This document shows positions 48,596 through 57,180 of a stretch of DNA of 57,180 bases, piece by piece; the first letter of the stretch is position 1; each line of letters opens with the position of its first letter. Under the pieces are notes generated by a model that ran no database searches, was not told the DNA's origin, and worked only from the letters and a program-made list of their open reading frames with translations. A program made the position numbers and the translations under genes. The stretch covers positions 42,668,290-42,725,469 of the forward strand of contig NC_068987.1 in assembly GCF_001194135.2 (NCBI RefSeq). The letters are read 5' to 3'. Origin of the DNA: Octopus bimaculoides (lineage: Eukaryota).

Positions 48596-48646
48596 GCATT
48601 CTGAAGAGATTTACTTAAACCAGTAAATTGAAATGATTGTAAATGC
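48596..48646 (+). ncRNA. Minimal type I hammerhead ribozyme, sense to the POLR3A pre-mRNA
   Basis: GCATT CTGAAGA GATTTAC ttaaacca GTAAATT GAAA TGATTG TA AATGC; predicted cleavage after GUA at 48641. Confidence 0.75.
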
Positions 48647-49134
48647 TACCTTCTTCCTTCTTTGTTACCTAATTAATTAAAGACATACCAGCGAAAACCA
48701 CGAGTTTCCCAATGTTATTATATCCATTTTCTTCTCGTATATAACCTAAACTTTGGTTTACCAACCGAATCACCTGCTACTGTAACACCTTACAAAAGAC
48801 TGTACCTACACAAGTAACAACCAGGAGCGACTCTGGATTTAATTATCCCTTAGAGGTATTAAACCCCTCTAACTGATACCTACACTATATATAAATATAC
48901 ATATTTAAAAAAATGTTGGCTTTTCCCTATGCATAGGACTCAAAACCACATCCCCTTGTTTACGCAACTGTGTTACTGATTACACCAGTGAACTAACCTG
49001 CATTTTCCTGCCAAATTGGAGAACTATATTAGTTTGTAGTTTTTTGTGTAATATATATAAAATATTCTTGAACACATGAATTCACATAAAGAATGTTGCA
49101 AACCAAATACAAAAATTGAATATGTATGATGATG

Positions 49135-49189
<55 letters not shown>

Positions 49190-49231
49190 AACAAACAGGT
49201 TTTTTTCCTATTTGCCTTCTTCTTTTCTCAG

Positions 49232-49383
49232 GTTTCTGTACCAGTACATGTTGCAAAGATTCTTACCTATCCGGAGAGAGTAAACAAAGCTAATATTCTC
49301 ATGCTGAAAAAAATGGTAACAAATGGACCAGATCATCATCCAGGGGCAAACTTCATTGAACAACGAGGGACCAAAGTTAAAAA
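49232..49383 (+). CDS. POLR3A: POLR3A internal exon, 152 nt (phase 0/2); last exon found in the window
   Basis: tctcag|GTT TCT GTA ... AAA AA|gtaaac. Encodes [50 protein letters not shown]. Confidence 0.96.
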
Positions 49384-50585
49384 GTAAACCATTTTTATTA
49401 TTATAATATTCATGTTGTTAATCTCCTCTGGCTACAGAATTTATGTGTAACAGAAGTGATTGAGCACTAAACTAAATGGCTTATAATTTTAAGTTGCCAC
49501 CTATAATCTGAATTCAGATGCCTTTGAAGTCAGTTTTGTCTTTCTTTATTTTTGGAAGTTAATTAAATAAGTACCACTAACACAGAGTGCACTATTTAAT
49601 GTGCTGTTTCCTTTCATAAAACTTGGTGTTATGGCAGATAGATGAAACCATGTTTTTTAATTGTGCTTCAGGTTGACCATCATAGCCTACTGACTGGAAT
49701 TTATGTCCATTTCTCTGTGTTAATGTAGGTTAGATGAATATGTTATTGAAGCTTTGTTTTATAACTAGATGTTTTTTTTCATGCTAATGCATGTCTATTT
49801 TTCAAGTAAGGGACCTTCCACACAAATTTAAAGTGAGCAGATAACTTATTGACAGTAGAAGTAACAACAACATTACTTACATGTCATGATTTTTGAATAA
49901 GTAACTACAAGTGTAAAAAAAAAATAACACACACACATACACGCGTGCACACACACACACATACACGTGCACACACACACACATACACGTGCACACACAC
50001 ACACACACACACTGGTTTGAATCTTATCACTTGTGGGTATCAGCTGGGTAGCTCCCAACATGTAATTGGTTAGTGGTTAACGCTGTGGGAATACTAATGA
50101 ATTAATGATTTATTGTATCGCCATTTTTATCGCAAGATTAAGAACGACTGTTTAATGACATTAAGTACTTTGCAACTCTGATCTCAGTAGTAATATTTGT
50201 TACACATGTCAAGTCTTAAAAAAAATCAATAATATTAATACACAAACTTGTTGTTTTTGTATGTAGTACCTGTAGTGTGTGTCACACTTAGTTTAAAGAA
50301 AGAAGTGAGTGGCAAAGCAGGAGAGAGGAGGACAGAGAGGAAGTGAGAGAGAAAAAGAAAGAGAGTGAGAAAGAAAAAGAGAGTGCAGGAGACAGTGAGT
50401 GGTGACAGCGTTCATTTTATGTTTTTAAATGTTTATCACATTGCAAGAAAAGTAGATAGGTAAATCGAAAGAAAAGTTGATGTATAGATCTATACACACA
50501 TTGTTAAATCAAAGACAAATTACTACAACAAATACTGGATGTCACTTTCACTTTTCATTACCACACGAGGATAAAATTAACTTAC

Positions 50586-50725
50586 AAGTGGCTGAGTACT
50601 CCACAGACATGCATACCATTAACATAGTTCTCAGGGAGATTTAGCCTCACACAGAATATGACACGGCTGGCCCCTTTCAGTTACAACTACAACTCATTTT
50701 GGCCAGCTGAGTGGACTGGAGCAAG
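50586..50725 (-). mobile_element. SINE 3'/central fragment; a second copy lies at 51119-51360
   Basis: gtggctgagtactccacagac...ttgccagctgagtggactg occurs twice. Confidence 0.55.
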
Positions 50726-53181
50726 TTAAACCTTCAAGTGGTTGGAAGAAAACAAAAACAGATCCTATATAGGGGCAGGGAAATCTTTTTAGTCATTAGG
50801 GTCTCTAGGGGTGTTAATCCAGTCCTAACAGTGGCATTTGTGGGTTTCACAGATCCGGAGGCTAAGCCCCCAGATAAACACCAATGTGCAGGCTGTTGTT
50901 ATCAAACTGAGCATGAGTCGAGGGCAAATACACAACAGAATAGCAATTATTTCATCTTAGCTTTCACTGCTTATACTAAACACATGACATTTTTCCCTTA
51001 TGATATGGAACATTTCCTATTCTTTCACTCTTTTTAAATAATGGCACTTTGTTGCTTACTATGATGAGGTTCCCGTTTATCTGATCAATGGAACAGTCTG
51101 CTCATAAAATTAATGCACAAGTGGCTGAGTACTCCACAGACATATATACCATAACATAGTTCTTAGAGAGATTCGACCTCGCACAAAATGTGACAAGGCT
51201 GGTCCCTTTGAATTACAGCTACAACTCATTTTTGCCAGCTGAGTGGACTGCAGCAGGGTGAAGTAGACTACTTTGCTCAAGAACACAGCACGCCATTGGG
51301 AATTGTACTCATGACTTTATGATCATGGCCAAATACTCTTAACCACTGAGCCAACTGTAGAGAAAAAAGAGTGAAGTGACAGAGACAGAGAAAGGAAAGC
51401 CTCAGTCATTTACAATGACATTTAGACTGAAATACGATTGATCTTTTCTAGCTTCTTTACTTTTAACAATGAAGAAGAGGGAAAGACATTTAGTAATGAA
51501 TAGAACGTAAACACCTAAAAGAGATTATATGTTAATATGGAATAAAATATTTTTTATTTAATTTGTCATACGATTGTTTCATACAGAAAGACAAATTCAT
51601 TTTAAGAATCTGAGTTGTCAAAGAGTACTCATCAGTAGCACAATAAGAAAAAAATAAGAAGAACTGAATAAAGAAAAAAGGGGGACTTTAGAATTACATG
51701 GGTATGGTGTTCTTACTAATTTTTGTAACGTGTAATTGGTCTTGGAGTCACGTCTATTTAAAACACGACTATCGGGTAACAGTTAGGTGATGATATATAT
51801 ATGATATACAAATATAGGTAACTTTCTTTCTATAGATTAGTATAATTTTAAACTCCCATATAAGAAGTAAGAAGCAAGTGGTGTTGAAAAAAAGAATATC
51901 CAAATAAGGAAGTACAGAATTTTAAATACTGGAGACTGAAATTTATATTTAACCATTAATAATCATTACGGCTTCTTTATAAATTAGAAAAATGTTTAAA
52001 AGCAATCATAAATGGTTAGTGGTATACAAACTTTATAATAGAAAGTTTTATGTAAATAATGTCAGAATTATAGAAGGAGATAAGTGGATATTAGAGAAAG
52101 TAGTCGAAACAGTAACATAACGATATAAAAAAGTATAAAAATTATAAGAATAATAAATAAAATATGAAGATGAGATATTTTACTTATAATGTCCGCTGCT
52201 AAAACTATAAATCATCTATGGAATAATATATAGAAAAATTCATATATCGAAAAGATTTGAGAATAAGTTAAGAGAAAGTAAATATTTTTGAATATTGACT
52301 AATGTAGGGGAGATAATAGATAAGGGAGAAAAAAATGACCTAGTTTATGTCTGCTATGGAGATTGCAAAAATTAAAAATATTGAAATATATGTAGATGAA
52401 TATGCTTACACAAAAAAAAAGGTTTTTGTGTCATACTTAGTTATAAATATAACTAGTCGACGTACCTGGTAATTCCCAGAAAAACCAGGACTTATCCCTT
52501 GGTTCCATTCTCATAATTGTTTCACTAATCCAATAACAATACAAAGTATTTAGCCCTTAAAACAGTTTATATGCATTTACAGAGAATACCAAACTGTCTT
52601 ACATAGGATCTTGTTTTTAGGAATTCCCAATAAGTTATGAATACCCAAATTGTGGAAATCACTTGCATAATAACATGAAATTTGTTACTCAACAGTAAAA
52701 ATTCAAATAAAGTAGTTCCGATAAGGGCTTTAATGCGATCCCAGAGTATATAGAACTCAGGAGGAAATACCAATAAGGTATGTATACTAAAAATCGTGAA
52801 GCATGTTACATAATAACAGGCTAATTGTATATGAGATAATAACAATCCAAAGTAAATAACTCTGAAAAGGGCTTTTGTGCGTTCCCAGAGAATATTACCC
52901 TCAGCGGAGCTAGTGTTGGTATATTTGTGAATAAGTCACTCACCGAAAAGTTTTTGTGTCATACATAGTTATATATATAACTAGTCAATGCACCTGGTAA
53001 TTCCCAGAAAATACTGTCTTAGGGGCACTAGTATTGAAATAGATTTACAATGAATGTAGAAATAGACTGACATTTAGTTTTATAGTAGACATACAAATAA
53101 ATTTGCATGTAGACTAAAAAATAAAATAACATGTAGATTATAAATATATTTGCAACACTTACAAATATTACAGTTAAATAA

Positions 53182-55812
53182 TAAGGCCCTTTGATTCTAG
53201 TCCTTGCTTTCACGCCTGAAACTTCTCCTCTAGTTCTGATAGTGACTCAGCAATTAGTGCAAGGTCATCAGCATAGAGGAGCTCCCAGGGGCATCCTGTC
53301 TTGAATTCCTCTGTTATTGCCTGGAGGACTATGATAAATAAGAGGCAGCTGAGGACTGAACCTTGGTGGACCCCTACCTCTACCCAGAATTCTTCACTGT
53401 ACTCGTTGCCAACCCTCACCTTACTGACAGCGTCTCTGTACATGGCTCGCACAGCTCTCACTAACCATTTTTCTATCCCTAGTTTCCTCATTAGTTTCCC
53501 CAGATAAGGGATCGGGGGACCCTGTCAAAGGCTTTCTCCATGTCAACGAAAGCCAGGTACAGAGGTTTATCCTTGGCTAGGTATTTCTCCTGCAACTGTC
53601 TCACTAGAAATAAGGCATCAGTAGTGCTTTTACCTGGCACAAACCCAAACTGCATCTCATCTAAATTGATTTGCTCCCTAATTAGTTGGGCTATGACCCT
53701 CTACGTGACCATCATTACCTGATCCAACAACTTGATACCTTTAATTATTCGTATCTAAAGCATCACCTTTACCTTTGTAGCAGTTGACTATGATGCTGCT
53801 ACACCAGTCATTGTGTATGACTCCTTCGTGTATCACCTGGTTAACTATAGGGGTGACGAGGCTATAGCCGACACTGCCAGGTATTTTGAGCATCTCTGCA
53901 GTGATTCCTGATGGCTGGGGGCTTTCCCTGTCTTCATACTCTTAATTGCTTTATCTACTTTGGTACTGTCAACTCAGATAGCTGATCCCTGTGTTGGGTT
54001 GACATTCGCAGACTCTCTTTCTCCCATTCATTCTTTTTATTGAGCAATATTTCGCAGTGGCGTCTCCAAACCTCTTTCTTTGCAGCCTCATTTAGTGCAA
54101 GTGAACCATCATGCATGCGGATACATTTCTCTCCTCCGACTTCACAATTCTCTCTCACACACTGTCTTGTAACACGAAATACCTCAAGTCTTTGGTCCTC
54201 ACGGTGCAGAAAATTGGCAAATTTTTTCTTATCTGCTTCCCCTCTGGCTAAATAAACCTGTTACCTAGCTTCCCTTCTGGCAGTCTGATATAATTCCCTG
54301 CTACTACCGTTCTTCCAGTCCTTCCAAGCCTGTTTCTTTCGTCTAATAGCCTTGTCAACAACATTGTTCCACCACCACGTTATTTTGGGTCGAGAAGGTA
54401 CTTTGCACCATCCACAGATCAGTGGCCCTCAGCAGATTGTCTCGTAGAAACCTCCAGTTGTCTTCTACATTGTGTGAAGCTATATCCCCTTCTATTTCGT
54501 CAAAGGCTTCGAGTAATAAGCCTCTAAATCTCTGTCCATTCGTAGGATCTTTAGGCTNNNNNNNNNNNNNNNNNNNNNNNNNNNNNNNNNNNNNNNNNNN
54601 NNNNNNNNNNNNNNNNNNNNNNNNNNNNNNNNNNNNNNNNNNNNNNNNNNNNNNNNNNNNNNNNNNNNNNNNNNNNNNNNNNNNNNNNNNNNNNNNNNNN
54701 NNNNNNNNNNNNNNNNNNNNNNNNNNNNNNNNNNNNNNNNNNNNNNNNNNNNNNNNNNNNNNNNNNNNNNNNNNNNNNNNNNNNNNNNNNNNNNNNNNNN
54801 NNNNNNNNNNNNNNNNNNNNNNNNNNNNNNNNNNNNNNNNNNNNNNNNNNNNNNNNNNNNNNNNNNNNNNNNNNNNNNNNNNNNNNNNNNNNNNNNNNNN
54901 NNNNNNNNNNNNNNNNNNNNNNNNNNNNNNNNNNNNNNNNNNNNNNNNNNNNNNNNNNNNNNNNNNNNNNNNNNNNNNNNNNNNNNNNNNNNNNNNNNNN
55001 NNNNNNNNNNNNNNNNNNNNNNNNNNNNNNNNNNNNNNNNNNNNNNNNNNNNNNNNNNNNNNNNNNNNNNNNNNNNNNNNNNNNNNNNNNNNNNNNNNNN
55101 NNNNNNNNNNNNNNNNNNNNNNNNNNNNNNNNNNNNNNNNNNNNNNNNNNNNNNNNNNNNNNNNNNNNNNNNNNNNNNNNNNNNNNNNNNNNNNTCCGTT
55201 CAAGCATCTCAACAATCTCACCAGACCTACCTTTCAGTGTGCCGACGTTGAGAGTGCCAACCCTGAGTGTGTGGGAGGTATGGGCCCGTGAAACCCTGGG
55301 ACGGGGAACAGCAGCTTCATGTACCTGAAAAGAAAGCTCGCATTTTGCAGAATTCATAAACAAGCAGTAGCCTTCAATTCAACCTGCATACACTACACTA
55401 TCATATTTTTGCACTATGTGATCACTGCCTTACATAGGAGGAGATAAACCCTAAGTAGGTGTGGGGGGTGGCGTGATCCCTTTAGAAGTGTTCATGGGAG
55501 ACAACCCAAGGATCGGAGAGGATAGGAACTTCTGGTACAGGTGGAGAGAATAGGAACTTCCAGTATTGGTGGAGGTTTTGCACCACAGGCATAGTGATGC
55601 AAAGGTATTAAATAGAAGGGTATGAGCGAGGTTAAAAAGATAGAAAACTTATCTGATCATAATTCTGGGTTCGTATTTATTCGGCAGAGTTTCTAAGATC
55701 GAGTTGCAGAATCGGGGTGCATGTGTTAGTTTATAGTCCTGGCAAAGCGAGAGGTAAGAGAGAGAGAGAGACAAAGTAAGGCAGAGAGGGTTAGGGTTAG
55801 TGGCCAGAACAC

Positions 55813-55847
<35 letters not shown>

Positions 55848-56283
55848 NNNNNNNNNNAGACAGACAGACAGAGTAAGGCAGAGAGGATTAGGGTTAGTGG
55901 CCAGAACACGAGGGAGAGAGAGAGAGAGAGAGAGAGATATTCTTTTGGGATTTGTGTAGCATAGTTTAACGAGACAGTAAATGTTGATAATAGTAATATA
56001 GAATTGAAAAATCTGAGAGTTTTCGGTCAGCTAATCTAAGACAGAATTATAGAAATAAATGACTGTGTGATAAACTAGAATAACTGAATGAATTTGATGA
56101 CATGGTAATGAAATAGACAGAATAGTGAAAACACTAAGTAAGGTGTTATGAATCAGCGCATAAATAGAAGGGTATGAGCAAGGTTGAAAAGACAGAAAAC
56201 TTATCTGGTCATAATTCTGGGTTCGTACTTATCGAGTAGCAGAATCGGTGTGCATGCGTTAGTTTATAGTCCTGGCAAAGCGT
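53182..56283 (-). mobile_element. RTE LINE with a complete 5' UTR, 3'-truncated, containing a gap
   Basis: 5' UTR 55364-56283 is homologous to 1996-2800; TLRVGTLNVGTLKGRSGE; RT to LLYADDL. Confidence 0.9.
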
Positions 56284-56379
56284 TAGTGCATGTATATATT
56301 ATTTTGGGGCAAAAGACGGCATGGATGGGCACATTTACAAGTTTTTATTACAAAATAAATTGAATGTCATCTATACACA

Positions 56380-56572
56380 TATATACATATGCACACACAT
56401 CAATGTAGAAAAGTATATAGATATTCACATGTAGACATGTACATATATATATACATACATTGGCATATATTAATATGCTTATCTACATACATATTGGTAC
56501 ATATAGAGTAAAATATATGTATATATACATACATATACAGATATCCATACGCACACACACACACACATGTAT

Positions 56573-56609
<37 letters not shown>

Positions 56610-56850
56610 CATACACATGTATACACACATGAACATATAAATATACATATACCAGTACAAAAAAACTCATACACATGCGTAAGATTAAAATAACTTAATA
56701 CTTATACAGGTATGTTGGGATATATAATGATACACTTACTAACAGGTATTAAAGAGAACATATAGACATAGGGTATACATATATATATGCACACACATAC
56801 GTATATATATACACATATACATATACATACACACGGATACATAGAGATAG
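56380..56850. repeat. Compound (TA)n/(CA)n microsatellite
   Basis: Directly visible. Confidence 0.9.
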
Positions 56851-56884
56851 ATACATACAGATAATGACAGATTATGCTTGCGCA

Positions 56885-57039
56885 GGAGTGGCTGTCTGGT
56901 AAGTAGCTTGATTACCAACCACATGGTTCTGTGTTCATTCCCACTGCATAGCACCTTGCTAGTGTCTTCTACTATAGTCTTGGGCCGACCAAAGCCTTGT
57001 GAGTGGATTTGGTAGATGGAAACTGAAAGAAGCCAGTCG

Positions 57040-57083
<44 letters not shown>

Positions 57084-57180
57084 TTTGTATATGTTTGTGT
57101 GTCTGTGTTTGTCCCCCTAACATCGCTTGACAACTGATGGTGGTGTGTTTACGTCCCCATAACATAGCAGTTCGGCAAAA
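56885..57180 (+). mobile_element. CORE-like tRNA SINE, runs off the window end
   Basis: Homologous to 10891-11257. Confidence 0.8.

Larger units (their letters stand above)
47196..48735. mobile_element. Penelope-like family C relic: about 555-bp inverted arms around a GIY-YIG C-terminal fragment
   Basis: Arms 47196-47750 and 48179-48735 are reverse complements (about 90% by eye). Spacer encodes LRYNAHLSSFRNRNKANSTGLSTYIWELK..IDFNLNWRIL..TSYNTTNRRCDL (+). Confidence 0.85.

Noticed and set aside
49384-57180. Next POLR3A exon (FLKYG..., expected after phase 2) and the exon for residues about 111-163
   Set aside because: Not found on either strand by eye; presumably outside the window or inside a gap.

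Overview
Eukaryotic draft-assembly window. It is AT-rich, has N gaps and very dense CA/TA/GA microsatellites, and its RTE LINE and tRNA-SINE content looks cephalopod-like, probably Octopus (inference). It carries seven consecutive plus-strand internal coding exons of the RNA polymerase III largest subunit (POLR3A/RPC1; 799 nt, equivalent to about human residues 164-430). All seven have AG/GT boundaries with matching phases, and most are too short to appear in the ORF track. The introns (up to 21.4 kb) are filled with transposon debris: RTE LINEs of two families, three Penelope-like families, a tRNA-Trp-primed Gypsy-type LTR element, mariner, pogo, hAT-like, Helitron and Merlin-like elements, and SINEs. 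Most notable: (1) an extra N-terminal POLR3A exon in antisense orientation fused to a Penelope 3' end; (2) minimal hammerhead ribozyme motifs in the Penelope terminal repeats, one in a 555-bp foldback; (3) a Penelope GIY-YIG nuclease whose two motif halves are 196 codons apart; (4) a TAATG stop-start split of the RT shared by two RTE copies; (5) a roughly 40-nt tRNA-Trp-complementary, doubled primer-binding site; (6) a templated duplication of a POLR3A splice acceptor plus half-exon ending in an in-frame stop. No database searches or folding were run; homologies are from recalled family motifs.
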